A stretch of 64,000 nucleotides of DNA from a virus (IMGVR_UViG_3300020176_000010:17141-81140), one strand, 5' to 3'; shown: positions 38,499 to 49,238, numbered from the stretch's first letter. Notes: generated by a model not told the origin, from the letters alone. Made by a program: numbers and translations.

Positions 38499-38870
38499 CA
38501 GAGCGTATGGGTGTCTGCGAAGGTCCATGACCGGAACGCCTGCGGACGCTGCCCTTGACACCATGTCGTCAGTCCCGTTTCCGCCGGGGAATGCCACGAC
38601 GCCGTCTGGCTTTCCCTCCCGTAGCATCCTTTCGTTGCGACTGCTGCCTGCGCGTCTTCCGAGCATGCGCCACATCTCTGGAGTAACTGGAAATGCGATA
38701 TGCTCTACGCCTCGATAGATCGCCCAGTCTTTTGCCAGGGTGTCTGCGCCGCGGGCGTCTCCATGGATCAGCAGTGAGATTCCAGACTTCCTGAACACTG
38801 CATCCAGCGCTGAATAGACAGCGCTGCGGTTGCTGTAGTTTCTGCCTCCTGTAACCAGCACCCTTTTCAT
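38484..38870 (-). CDS. SLOG-superfamily (DUF2493/YspA-like) protein
   Basis: VLVTGGRNY..LIHGDARGADTLA..AGSSRNERML..VVAFPGGNGTDDM. Confidence 0.88.
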   Translation of the reverse strand: MKRVLVTGGRNYSNRSAVYSALDAVFRKSGISLLIHGDARGADTLAKDWAIYRGVEHIAFPVTPEMWRMLGRRAGSSRNERMLREGKPDGVVAFPGGNGTDDMVSRAASAGVPVMDLRRHPYALSPGR

Positions 38871-41440
38871 GCCGCTGTCTTGCTCGCGTTCTTCTTCAGA
38901 GCCTTCTCCCGCGCCTCCTGCGGCAACGCTGAGAACCAAGCCCTGGCCACCGACATCTTGAACTTGCGACTCTGACCGGTTCCGCTGTTGTTGTTGCGCT
39001 CGAATTCGTGGGCCATGTGGCCATAGTGCTTTCCGAGTGCCACGATCTGCTGCCTGGATATGCCAAGCTTTTCGGAGATCTCTTCCATGGTGTAGAGCGG
39101 CTCGCGCTTTACACCGCTTCGGCGGTAATTGACCAGCGACGCGTAGTTCATTTGATGCGGACCCCCGGAAGCGTCAGCCGACTGATGCGCGCACCAATGT
39201 CGGTGGCGTAGTGTGGCGTGTAGCGGAAGTCCTTGTTGGCCAGCCCGCCGTTGGATGGCTCAATGCGGCTGCGCACGCGTGGCGCCTCCGTCTTTTGGTT
39301 GGTTGTCTGTTGCACGATGATCTCCTATTGATCAGCCTGGGTAAGCGTTGAATTCAAGCTCGCGCTCGAGCGCCTTGTCTGCCGAAGATTGGCGGTATGG
39401 ATCCAGCTCTTTTGCGCGAGCCCGCAGAATGTCTGCAGCTGCGAGCTCCTCCTCTGTTGGGATTTGGAGCTCGGCTGGCGCCTTGTTAGGCTGCAGCATG
39501 CTCTGGGCTGTGGATGCGGCCGGATCGATCTGGCGACACCGCGGTGTACTCATTGCGAGCAACCTCGGCATCCTCGCGGGTGGCATGCTTGCTGAAGTCG
39601 ATGAAAGTCAGGCCGGCGTACTTGGCCAGGACGTGGTGCCCCTGGGCGACAGCCTTGGGGATTTCGGCCTCAACAGCCTTGGCGTTTTGGCGAGCGATAA
39701 CGTTCAGATCATTCATGGTGTACCTCTTAAAAGTTTGGTGGTGACGCAGGGATTTGCATCGGTGAGTGCGGCTCGCCACACTCACAGCTACATCATCCTC
39801 GCTGTGCTGCGTATCGGCTCCACTGGCGCTGGTTGTGTGCCATGGCGCGTGATGCGCCGAGGTTTCGATCTTTGGCGCTCTTCAGCGCGAAGGCCTTTTC
39901 GACGGCGCTGTCGTAGGTTCCAGTCCAGATGTACTGCCCGCCTGGAGTGACAACACCGTACTCGAGCTTGCTGCCAGACTGGCGAGCTGCAATCACGTAT
40001 GGGTAGAGGCCTCCTGCGCTGTGGCGCTGAATCGAGCTTCCGTCTGAGAGATGTCCTTGATACTGCACTTTGAGCTCCTTGCTGCGATGACCTCATTATG
40101 CACGAAAATGTTGTGGCACCAACAGAAAGTTCAAATTCACGCATGCGCCGTGTGGGTATTGGCCTCGTTCCATCGACCACCCTCGTAGAAGCCAATAAAC
40201 GGACCGACGCAAAACACCAGCGTGCTGGTGGTTCGCAGAAAGACTCGGTCGCCTGATGCTGGTCCTCCGCTCGCACGGTACGCCCTTGCGGGCCCCAGCT
40301 TGCGCGGCACGCGGCGACGACGTGGCTTGATCTCCTTTGCCATAGTTGGCTCCTATGCTGTGATGGTGATGATGACCGCAGATGCGATTGAGACGGCGGT
40401 GATGGCCGCCCACCACACCTTCGAGTATTGGCGGCCGGAACTCATGTGGTTGGCCGCTTCTGGGCCGGCTTGGGCCTCGCCTCCCCAGCAACGCAGATCA
40501 TGACAGCAAGGATGTCGTAGACGCGCGTTCCGTCTTCCGTCCACTCCTTCACCGTCCCCTGGATGACACCGCCCTGCAGGTCGACGCGGCCAATCTGGCC
40601 ATAGCTTGTGCCGCATCCGGTGACACCCATTCGGACGCGGAAGTCGCCTTTGTCGGACGTCAGGTCGACCAGGGCGTCTGACTGCTTGGCCTGGTTGCTG
40701 TTGGTGTACGTGCGCACAGACGACTCCAGCACCTTAGCCTTGCCGCCATCGAAGTGCACGACCCAGAGGTCTTTTGTCTGGGCGTGGGCTGCGCCGGATA
40801 GGATGGCGGCAGCAATGATGAGTTTCTTGATCATGATTTTTTCACTGTGTATTTGCCCTGGTACTCTCCACCAATGCGCTGCAGGTGCGGGTTGTTCTTG
40901 GGCTCGTTGAGGTCGGCTGTGGTGTAGGGTTGCAGCTCGGATGCGCCAGCCTTTTCGCGCACCCAGCCGTTGTCGTTTCCGATGACGGAGAAGAGGATGC
41001 CGCCCTGCACGAATGCGCGCAGTCCATTCCACTTGCCGTACACGCGGCCCGGGTTAGGCTGATGCATGCTCTGTCTCCTGTGAAGCCTGCGCCTTGAGCG
41101 CTCGAATTTCAGCGAGGCGTGCAAGCAGCTCATCCTCCTCGTCGGCCATCGATAGATTCACGCGCTGCCGCAAGTCATCCAGCGCCTGCGCCGCAAGCTC
41201 TTCGAAGCGCCTGGCGATCACCTCCGCCAGCGCGACATCGAAGATCTTGCTCCTCCAGTAGTTTTGCGCACCGTGGCTTGCTTGGTGCCCAATTTGCGTT
41301 TCAACATTGATGGTGTGAAGTTTCCCAACAGGGCTGCCATCGAAGTGCGGCTGAGGCTTTTTGAGGAGGCTGACGTAATGCGCTGCGATGTCGTACTCGC
41401 GCTTCAGCTCGTCTGTTTTTTCGAACTTGCGCATGATCAC
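38867..41440 (-). CDS. Cluster of small leftward hypothetical genes (38867-39151 HTH-like, 39148-39315, 39332-39499, 39486-39716, 39793-40068, 40137-40343, 40442-40834 with signal peptide, 40831-41067, 41054-41440)
   Basis: Coupled ORFs with RBSs; MIKKLIIAAAILSGAAHA signal peptide in 40442-40834. Confidence 0.6.
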
Positions 41441-41721
41441 GCCCCTGGGATTTTCGACTGGGCCAAGCTCGTCAGCTTCTGAACTAGCGTGACGGCGTCG
41501 CCGATGGTTGCAACCGCGGAGCCCTCTTCGTCGGACACCTCGATCTCGAACTCATCCTCGAGCGCCATGACCAACTCCACCAGGTCCAGGCTGTCGCAGC
41601 CCAGGTCTTTTTCTAGTGACTGCTCGGCGGCGATCGAGGCTTGCTCAATGCCGAGCTGCTCTGAGACCAGCTTGGTGATCCGCGGCAGGATCTCTTGCGT
41701 TGAAATTTCTGCAGTGCTCAT
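41437..41721 (-). CDS. acpP: Acyl carrier protein
   Basis: KLVSEQLGI..DLGCDSLDLVELVMALEDEFEIEVSDEE..TIGDAV; phosphopantetheine Ser in DSL. Confidence 0.93.
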   Translation of the reverse strand: MSTAEISTQEILPRITKLVSEQLGIEQASIAAEQSLEKDLGCDSLDLVELVMALEDEFEIEVSDEEGSAVATIGDAVTLVQKLTSLAQSKIPGA

Positions 41722-41888
41722 GTAATGCTTTCCAATGCAGGGCAACATCGCCCGCAACAACCCTGCACGCAGGGCTGGCGCGGATGTGGTCACGCCATGT
41801 TTATCTCTTTTTAAGCGAATGAGATAATTATTGCAGAAGCAACATAAAACGCAAGTTCCGGCTGTTCCGGTGTTGCGTTTTTGTTGCG

Positions 41889-43774
41889 TCAGATCCTGAT
41901 AAATGAGATCTGGCAGTCGCAGATGTCTTCGCAGTCAATCCTGCTGGACGCCGTGAGCTGCTCGTAGGTGGGGCGAGCGATGCGGTAGCCGGCGCGCCTC
42001 ACATCTTCCAGGCAGAACTGCTCGCGGAACCAGACATCCAGGCCATCGGTTTGCCTGGCCAGCTCCGTCGCACGCCCGAGGCTCATGCCGTCCAGCTGAA
42101 TGTGCATCAACGCATAGTCGTCCTCCACTGCAACGCGGCTGACGATGTAGGTGTTGCCATCTGGGCACTTCACGCGAACGGCGTTCCATGCTGGATTGGT
42201 GGGTTTGGTGGTCTTCGTCCAGTAGTTGGCCATGGTTAGATTTCCTCACTTTCGATGCCATCCATCCGCTCGCGCTCGGCACGTAATGACTGGGCGGATT
42301 CCCAGCTGTCGACCCACTCCTGGAAGTGGTTGCGTTCATCGGTTTGCTCTCCGACGGTGGCCATATGGCTCTTCACCTGCTCGACCAGCGCGGCGCGCAG
42401 TGGCATGGTGGCGCGGTGGATGATGACGCCGGCGAGCTTCTGCTTCACCGGGAAGGCTGCGCACATCATCACCTCAGCTATCGCCTGACGCAGCTTCGGG
42501 TCTGCTGGGTTGAAGCCGTAGTGGCGCAGGATGCTGGCCACGCCCGGGGCATCCAGGCTCGGCGGTTTGAAGGCATCATCGATTGCGGCATCCACCGTGG
42601 GGCAAGTCTCGGGCACCAGCTCGAAAGAGCGACGCTCGGCGGCGGTGTAGTTGATCCTGGTGGCCATGGTCAGCCCGCCTTCCGCAGCGCCAGCAGGCGC
42701 GCAGTGATGTCGTTGGCAGCCTTGGAGCCGCCGTGTTTGTCCGGGTGGCACAGGCGCACCAGGGTGTCGATCTCGTCGGGCGTGAATGTGCCGCGCTGCA
42801 TCTGTGACTTTGGCACCAGGTCGCCGCGGTTGACCCGCCGCACCAGGTCATTCCACTTGTTCAGCAGCTCTTGGTACTCGAGCTCGGTGATGCGCTTCGC
42901 GATATCAAGCTCGGCAGCTGCGCGCAGCAAGCGGTTGTAGCTCTTCTGTGTGACGAACATGCGGGCCTTTCTGTACGGAGCTTTGCTCCCGAATTGATAG
43001 CTGCAAGCGCTTTCTGAATAAGCGCTAGACGTGAATTTGTCAGTCGAACTTGAAGACCAAGCCGCCGGCCAGCGGCTGGCAGTCAACCAACTCCTGGCGC
43101 TGCTCATCGGCTCCGCTGAAGCACACCAGATTGCCCTGGTAGTTCACCAGTCCGACTTCAGACCAGAGCTCAGGGTTCTGCCGGTAGTGATCTCCAGCGG
43201 ATGCGGAGACGTAGCCCGGGAATTCGTACACCCGACACTGCGGGTGGTGGACGTCGCCGGATGGTGGCGCGATGTAAAGAGTGGTGGTCATAATTGCTCC
43301 TTAATTGATAGCTGCTTGCGCTTGCTAATCAAGCGCTAGAGGCAGATTTCACTGGGAAACCCTGGCACGCAGGGCTTCGCGGTGGAATCAGGCCGCCTGC
43401 TTCAGTTCGCCGCGACCCAGGCGGGTGCCGTCGAGCTGGAAGAAGTACACGGGGTTGAACTCACCCCAGGCGGCGGCGCGCGGGCCGTACAGGTGACCTT
43501 CATCCTTGGATGGGATGTAGACCGCGATGCAGTCCTGGTTCAGCTTCTCTGCCAGCCAGGTGGTGCACACACGGACGTCACCGGTGTGGGATGCGCGCAC
43601 CACCAAAGTGGGCTCCGTGTCGCTGGCCACGATGGCAAAGCCGATGACCTTGAAGTTCAGGCACTTCACAGATGTGAGTGCTGTTTCGAACAATGGGATC
43701 TCGCGGCCAACCGAGTAGACGTTGTCGAACTCTTGTGGGATTCCGTTCAGGCCAATATTGAGAATGACTTCCAT
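41889..43774 (-). CDS. Five leftward hypothetical genes (41889-42233, 42236-42667, 42670-42960 with J-domain-like HPD, 43040-43291, 43388-43774)
   Basis: RBS-preceded ORFs; LCHPDKHGG in 42670-42960. Confidence 0.65.
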
Positions 43775-43906
43775 GATGTTTCCTTTACTACTGCAACAAA
43801 AACTTGCGATAGAGTGATTATGCACGCCAAGGAAAAATCAAGGAAATAAATAACCTTGCGACTTTGTCTGGTATTGGTGAAGATCGTTGTCTTCGCGCAA
43901 CGTTTG

Positions 43907-43935
43907 TTGCGAACACGACAGGATGTGTGTAGAAT
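43907..43935 (+). promoter_or_regulatory. Putative late promoter
   Basis: TTGCGA-17 bp-TAGAAT at the start of the rightward late operon. Confidence 0.65.
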
Positions 43936-44011
43936 CGCGCGCAGTCAGAATTGACCACGGCCATCAACAGGCCCGGCGCCAGCGGAACCCGTCTTTCGCT
44001 GACGTACTGTT

Positions 44012-44069
44012 AACCCGGCAGCGCGCCCATCACATCTTGATGCGCGAGCTCGTCCGGGTTTTTTGTTTT
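44012..44069 (+). terminator. Terminator-like structure in the late leader
   Basis: AACCCGG...CCGGGTT closing stem followed by TTTTGTTTT. Confidence 0.55.
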
Positions 44070-44151
44070 GCGGCGCCCGCTGAAGTGATGGCGGGTTTGG
44101 GTTGGGGGTTCCTGGCCGGTGGCCGCAGCTATATCGCCAACCGGAATATCC

Positions 44152-44286
44152 ATGCGCTACAAAGCCAAGTTCCAGAATGGCGTGTGGAAGTTGTTTGACA
44201 GCCACACGTACACCGACATCGACACCTTCGATACGCAGAAGGCTGCCGAGCTGGCGGCCGATCGGGCCAACGCTCGCAGGCGTTGA
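44152..44286 (+). CDS. Small protein (44 aa), absent from the ORF track
   Basis: MRYKAKFQNGVWKLFDSHTYTDIDTFDTQKAAELAADRANARRR with phage-typical codon use. Confidence 0.6.
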   Translation: MRYKAKFQNGVWKLFDSHTYTDIDTFDTQKAAELAADRANARRR

Positions 44287-44451
44287 TCGCAAACCCAGCA
44301 AGCGATTGACACCGCGCCCGCTCAGGGTGTGGTGAAGACAAAGCTGGCCCAAGCAAACGGTGGGCAAACCGCTTGCCACCGGATGCGCCCGGCATCAGCT
44401 CCCACCACCACGGGACGCCGGGCGCAAGCCGCAGAAGTTAAGAGGTGCCGC

Positions 44452-44763
44452 ATGCAGGACAGCCCACGCCGCCCTGATGGGGGATCGGATAGACGTGTCG
44501 GTCAGGCGTTGACGACTGAGATCGTCAAATACATCGACCACGCTGTCGAGAGCAAGGTGCGCGAGTTTGCGAACTCAGCAATCCCAGACGGAGACGTCGC
44601 CAAACACAAGGCAGGGCACCTACAGAGGATGGAGTCCGAAAAGGACCGGCAAGCCCTGTGGAAGAGCGTGCGGGAGAAGGTACTCGCAGGCGGCATCTGG
44701 TCCGCTGTGGCGCTGCTTGCAACGGCTGCGGCCGAAGGAGCAAAGCAATGGCTTCAACGTTGA
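44452..44763 (+). CDS. Small membrane protein, possible holin/antiholin
   Basis: C-terminal hydrophobic helix; upstream of the endolysin. Confidence 0.5.
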   Translation: MQDSPRRPDGGSDRRVGQALTTEIVKYIDHAVESKVREFANSAIPDGDVAKHKAGHLQRMESEKDRQALWKSVREKVLAGGIWSAVALLATAAAEGAKQWLQR

Positions 44764-45212
44764 GGCACAAGCTGCGGTGCATGCTTGTGAACACCATCCC
44801 GTTCGCGGTTGTTCTTGGGTTGCTTTCCACTGTGAAGATGCTCGAGCCAGTTGTGCTGCCTGTGGTCACTGGTTTCGTGGTGCACGAGATCTCCCAAGCG
44901 GGACAGCTTGTGACCATCTCCGGCACGATGATCAAGGAGCGCGAGAGTTGCAAGTTCGAGAGTGTGACTGCGTACAGCGTGTTCCCTGCCGGTATCGAGA
45001 AGCAGCGCGTGCCGATCTTGTTCCTGGACTCCCGCGGTGATGACATGTCAAACCGCACCAGTGGCGCCCAGAAGTGGGGTCCGTGGCGCATCACCATACC
45101 GGTGTCACCCAAGACGGTGGCCATCGAATTAACAAGCCTTCACACCTGCCATTGGATGTGGGGGCAAACAACGCTGCTCGCTACGGTGCCACTGGTCAGC
45201 GAGACCCACTGA
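44748..45212 (+). CDS. Membrane-anchored protein in the lysis module
   Basis: N-terminal TM segment then a beta-rich domain with two Cys. Confidence 0.6.
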   Translation: MASTLRHKLRCMLVNTIPFAVVLGLLSTVKMLEPVVLPVVTGFVVHEISQAGQLVTISGTMIKERESCKFESVTAYSVFPAGIEKQRVPILFLDSRGDDMSNRTSGAQKWGPWRITIPVSPKTVAIELTSLHTCHWMWGQTTLLATVPLVSETH

Positions 45213-45224
45213 GCGAGGTAGCGC

Positions 45225-46088
45225 ATGGCACAAATCAACAAGGCTGGAGAGGATCTCGTCTTCAGCTACGAGCAGTACCGTGAGTTCGCGTACCCAGACC
45301 CAGCAAGCCCCCTGGCCAAGGCCACCCGCGGCATGCGTGTACGCTGGGGCTATCGCCCTGCTCGAGAAATCATTGCGGAGCTCGACGAAAGCGTTAAGCA
45401 TCTGCACGGCAACCCATGGACCTGCGGCATCGGCCGCACGCGTGGCGTGACCATCGATACCCGCATGTCCAAGGCTGAGGCCTGGAAGGACATGAGAGCC
45501 GAGCTCGACATGGTCGCCACCCAGGTGCGCGACGCGTGCAAGATCGAGCCCAACGAAAACGAACTGGCCGCCATGACCAGCCTGGCCTACAACATCGGCA
45601 TGGGCTGGAGTGGCTCCAAGAAACCAGCCGGCGCAAAAGACGGCTTCCGCCAGTCCAGCGTCCTGCGCGCCCACAACCGTGGCGACAAGCAGGCGGCCGC
45701 CCGGGCGTTCCGATTGTGGAACCGCGCCGGCGGGGTGGAGATGGATGGGCTGACCAAGCGCCGGGTGTCAGAAGCTGACCTGTACCTGAAAGCGCCGCGA
45801 GTGCTGATGGACCCAGCTGTAGATGATGGCGATGACCCAACGATGCCTCAGACGGTGGATGCCGAGCGCCCCATGACGCAGAGCTCCATCAACCGCAGCG
45901 CCTTGGTGGCCGGCGGCACGGCCGCTGCAGCCACGGTTGCTGAGACGGCCCGCACGGCGGCCGAGGTGAAGTACAGCGTGGCCCAGCTGGGCGACTGGCT
46001 TCTGCCCGTTATGTTGCTGGTGATTGTGGCCCTGTGCGGCTACATCATTTACGAGCGCGTCCGCGTGCGCAAGCAAGGCTGGTACTGA
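45225..46088 (+). CDS. Endolysin (GH24 lysozyme) with C-terminal hydrophobic extension
   Basis: E..AYPD..PWTCGIG..SLAYNIG..SSVLRAHNRGD..WNRAGG..GLTKRR..E. Confidence 0.92.
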   Translation: MAQINKAGEDLVFSYEQYREFAYPDPASPLAKATRGMRVRWGYRPAREIIAELDESVKHLHGNPWTCGIGRTRGVTIDTRMSKAEAWKDMRAELDMVATQVRDACKIEPNENELAAMTSLAYNIGMGWSGSKKPAGAKDGFRQSSVLRAHNRGDKQAAARAFRLWNRAGGVEMDGLTKRRVSEADLYLKAPRVLMDPAVDDGDDPTMPQTVDAERPMTQSSINRSALVAGGTAAAATVAETARTAAEVKYSVAQLGDWLLPVMLLVIVALCGYIIYERVRVRKQGWY

Positions 46089-46543
46089 TGACGGTTATCG
46101 CCTGGGATGGAAAGATACTGGCAGCAGACAAGCGCTGCTTGAGCGCCTGGCGCGCCGGCACGGTAACCAAGCTGCACAGCATCAACAACAAATCCGTTGC
46201 CGCCATTGCCGGTGATCTGGCCAAAGGCATGGAGATGATCCAGTGGTTGCGCGATGGTGCAATACCGGGCTCATTCCCAGCTGCGCAGCGCACCAGCGAA
46301 TACGTGCTTGTTGCCGAGCTCCGGCACGGTGGACTGCTGTACCTCTACGAGGACTCGCCAGTGCCGTTTCGAGTCGAGGACAAGGTGTGGGCTGGTGGGA
46401 GTGGGCGCGACTTCGCCCTGATGGCCATGCACCTTGGGCACAGCGCTGTTGATGCGGTGAAGCTGACGTCCGTGCTCACCCAGGGGTGCGGCAACGGCGT
46501 GAACTCCGCATGGTTCGAGCGCGGCAGCCTGGAGATGAGATGA
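46088..46543 (+). CDS. Ntn-hydrolase (HslV/proteasome-beta-like) protein
   Basis: MTVIAWDG..LAAD..AG..GSGRDFALMAMHLG.SA.DAV; Thr at position 2. Confidence 0.75.
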   Translation: MTVIAWDGKILAADKRCLSAWRAGTVTKLHSINNKSVAAIAGDLAKGMEMIQWLRDGAIPGSFPAAQRTSEYVLVAELRHGGLLYLYEDSPVPFRVEDKVWAGGSGRDFALMAMHLGHSAVDAVKLTSVLTQGCGNGVNSAWFERGSLEMR

Positions 46544-47076
46544 CCAAGATATTCGACCTGATCCCCAGCTGGGTGTACGCCGCTGCTGTCGCGCTGCTGT
46601 CGACCATGCTGCTCCTGCAATGGAGCGCCAGCAACGTCGAGATCCAGCGCCAGAAGATGGCCGTGCTGGCGGAGCAGAAGAAGCACAGCGACTGCGTCGC
46701 CGAGCAGCTGAAGATCAACACCAAGGCCAAGGACGAAGCCCGCCAGCGCGAGCAGGACCTGCAGGCCCAAGCCGACAAGGATCGCCATGAATCGCAAACT
46801 CGCATCAATCGCCTGCGCACTGAGCGCGATGCTGCTCTTGCCAAGCTGCGCGACCGCCCCCAGCGACCCGCAAGTGCAAACGGAATTGTCCTGCCCTCGC
46901 CTGCCGGATCCGGGCCCCAAGCCAGCGGTTGCACAGGGGCCGAGCTTTACCGAGAGGACGCTGAAGCTGCTCTCGGGATCGGCTTCGACGCAGAAGAGCT
47001 CCGACTTGAATACAACAAGCTCTGGTCCCTCTACGAGCGGGCTCGGGCTCAAACCCCCCAAGCAGTGAAGCAATGA
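46540..47076 (+). CDS. Rz-like i-spanin
   Basis: N-terminal TM plus coiled coil. Confidence 0.8.
   Translation: MTKIFDLIPSWVYAAAVALLSTMLLLQWSASNVEIQRQKMAVLAEQKKHSDCVAEQLKINTKAKDEARQREQDLQAQADKDRHESQTRINRLRTERDAALAKLRDRPQRPASANGIVLPSPAGSGPQASGCTGAELYREDAEAALGIGFDAEELRLEYNKLWSLYERARAQTPQAVKQ
46787..47068 (+). CDS. Rz1-like o-spanin embedded in the +1 frame
   Basis: Lipoprotein signal MNRK..LLLPSC; Pro-rich mature part. Confidence 0.8.
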   Translation: MNRKLASIACALSAMLLLPSCATAPSDPQVQTELSCPRLPDPGPKPAVAQGPSFTERTLKLLSGSASTQKSSDLNTTSSGPSTSGLGLKPPKQ

Positions 47077-47363
47077 CCAACCAATACCAACCTCACGAAG
47101 AGCGCGTCATCACCGAGAAGGCAGAGCTCGACCAGAAGATCGAGAAGCTGGGCGCGTTCCAGAATACCGACGCCTTCAACGCCCTGCCAGAAGAGCAGCG
47201 GAAACTGCTGACCATGCAGTGCAATACGATGCGCAACTACAGCTGGATTCTCGGCAAGCGCATCGAGCTGTTCACGCCAACACCCCAGGAAGACGACAAC
47301 GACTTCCCCCTGGGCAAGGCTTGTGACCTGAGCGGCGACGGCACCTGCGAAGCATGCACCTAA
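47073..47363 (+). CDS. Hypothetical phage protein
   Basis: ERVITEKAELDQKIEKL..Q..M..YSWILGKRI; tail ACDLSGDGTCEAC. Confidence 0.7.
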   Translation: MTNQYQPHEERVITEKAELDQKIEKLGAFQNTDAFNALPEEQRKLLTMQCNTMRNYSWILGKRIELFTPTPQEDDNDFPLGKACDLSGDGTCEACT

Positions 47364-47830
47364 CGCAGTCCAGGCTTATTGAGTTGCTTGAGTACGACCC
47401 AGATTCTGGGCGCTTCATGTGGCGAGCAACCGGGCCCGGCCGCCGTCGCAAGGAGGCTGGCAGTGCGCCAAACAAGGGAAACCCATACCGACGCATACAG
47501 GTTGATGGGGTGCTCTATTACGCGCACCGCTTGGCATACCTATACATGACAGGAGAAATGCCGGAGGTCGTTGATCATAGGGATGGCGACGAATCCAACT
47601 GTCGTTGGGAAAACCTCCGCGCCTCAAGCGGCTCAGATAACGGAAAAAACGTAAATAGGCGCGGCTACCATCAGAGCAAGAGTGGGCGATTTGTAGCTCA
47701 ACTGACTACCGACTACAGAACAGAACACATCGGCACCTTCGATACGCCGGATGAGGCCAGGGCGGCATATGTCCAGGCAAAGGCAGCCTCTCATGCAGCC
47801 TGGATCACCGGGCAAGGCTCTTCCGCATAA
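47354..47830 (+). CDS. HNH-AP2 homing endonuclease
   Basis: LTQSRLIELLEYDPDSG..YAHRLAY..VDHRDGDESNCRWENLR..HIGTFDTPDEA. Confidence 0.9.
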   Translation: MHLTQSRLIELLEYDPDSGRFMWRATGPGRRRKEAGSAPNKGNPYRRIQVDGVLYYAHRLAYLYMTGEMPEVVDHRDGDESNCRWENLRASSGSDNGKNVNRRGYHQSKSGRFVAQLTTDYRTEHIGTFDTPDEARAAYVQAKAASHAAWITGQGSSA

Positions 47831-47888
47831 GCGAACTTCGCCAGTAACCCTGGCGCAAGAGATCAACAACACCTCACCGAGACCCACC

Positions 47889-48608
47889 ATGAGCAACATC
47901 ATCAAACCCACAGTCGGCCGCAAGGTCTGGTATCGCCCAAGTGAGGCTGACCAGCTCGGCCCAGCTCCAATGATTGTCACCAGCAATCAGCCGCTGGATG
48001 CCACGATCATTGCCGTGTGGAGCGACCGCATGGTGAACCTCTTGGTGACGGACTCCGTCGGGCGCCAGTTCCCCGTGCTGTCGGTGAGTCTGCTCCAGGG
48101 GGACGACAAGCCACACCTCGACCGAGAGGGCAAGCCGGCCGGCCGCTATGCCGAATGGATGCCCTACCAGAAGGCCCAGACTGAGGTGGTGAAGCCTGCG
48201 ACACAAAAGACGGAATCCGTCACGCTGGGCGCCATCGAGGATGCACTGATCCGCGGCATTGGCGTCTCCGCCGTGCACGTGGATACCGCCAGCATCTTCA
48301 ACCGCGAATGGAAGTTCCGTGAGCACAGCAAGCTGGAGCGGCTGGTCGAAAGCCAGGGTGCAGTGAACGGCAAGCTGTACTCCGCCATCAAGGAGGCGAT
48401 GGACAAGCTGGGTGAGATCCCAGAGAACGCAAGCCCCACGGTCAACGCCGCGTTCAACACGCTGCGCAAGGCCTTCTGGCTCGAGACGCCGGCGCCTGCC
48501 AATGCTGCGCCAGAGCGCGCGGTGCGTGTGTGTAGGTGCGGGCCCAACGAAGGTTGCACCGCTGGCTCTACGTGCATGACGTTCACTGGCGACCTGAAGG
48601 GGAGGTAA
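47889..48608 (+). CDS. Hypothetical phage protein
   Basis: KPTVGRKVWY..QPLDATI..VNLLV..WMPYQ. Confidence 0.75.
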   Translation: MSNIIKPTVGRKVWYRPSEADQLGPAPMIVTSNQPLDATIIAVWSDRMVNLLVTDSVGRQFPVLSVSLLQGDDKPHLDREGKPAGRYAEWMPYQKAQTEVVKPATQKTESVTLGAIEDALIRGIGVSAVHVDTASIFNREWKFREHSKLERLVESQGAVNGKLYSAIKEAMDKLGEIPENASPTVNAAFNTLRKAFWLETPAPANAAPERAVRVCRCGPNEGCTAGSTCMTFTGDLKGR

Positions 48609-48617
48609 GGGGTAGGC

Positions 48618-49238
48618 ATGGCTCGCAGAAGCAAGGACAACGCGATCGACTGGGATGCCCTCGAAAAGCAATACCGCATCGGTCAAAAGTCAAATAAGCA
48701 GCTGGGCGAGGAATACAACGTCGACCCAGCGACGATCGGCAGGCGGGCGAAGAAGTTCGGCTGGGTCGTCGACAAGTCGGAAGAGGTTGCTGCCGCAACG
48801 AATTCACTGCTGATCCAGGCTGCAAGCGGAACGTCAAATCCGAACGCAACCCCCTCTGCATTGGACATTAAAGCGGCCGCCCAGACCAACTTCACGGTGA
48901 TCATGGGGCACAGGGCTGGCCTGGCCAGACTGGCTAAGGTCAAGGACAAGATGCTCGACCACATCGAGTCGGCTGTTGAGGGTATGACGTCGGTCGATGA
49001 GATCGTCGCATTCGTGCGCAATGCAAGCGACGACGATGAGTCTGTTGGCAAGGCGCTGGAGATGCTCCGCAAGGCTGTCGGGCGTGGCGCATTAGTCGAT
49101 GACCTGAAGAAGCTCTCCGAGATCGATGAGAAGGTTCGCAAGGGTGAGCGCGAGGCGTTCGGCATCGACAAGGAAGGCGACAAGCCGGCCTTTGAGTACG
49201 AGGCTGTTCTGAGGCGCATCCGTGAGCTCAAAAAATGA
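48618..49238 (+). CDS. terS: Terminase small subunit
   Basis: IDWDALEKQYRIG..HTH..RAKKFGW..EREAFGID; upstream of terL. Confidence 0.8.
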   Translation: MARRSKDNAIDWDALEKQYRIGQKSNKQLGEEYNVDPATIGRRAKKFGWVVDKSEEVAAATNSLLIQAASGTSNPNATPSALDIKAAAQTNFTVIMGHRAGLARLAKVKDKMLDHIESAVEGMTSVDEIVAFVRNASDDDESVGKALEMLRKAVGRGALVDDLKKLSEIDEKVRKGEREAFGIDKEGDKPAFEYEAVLRRIRELKK

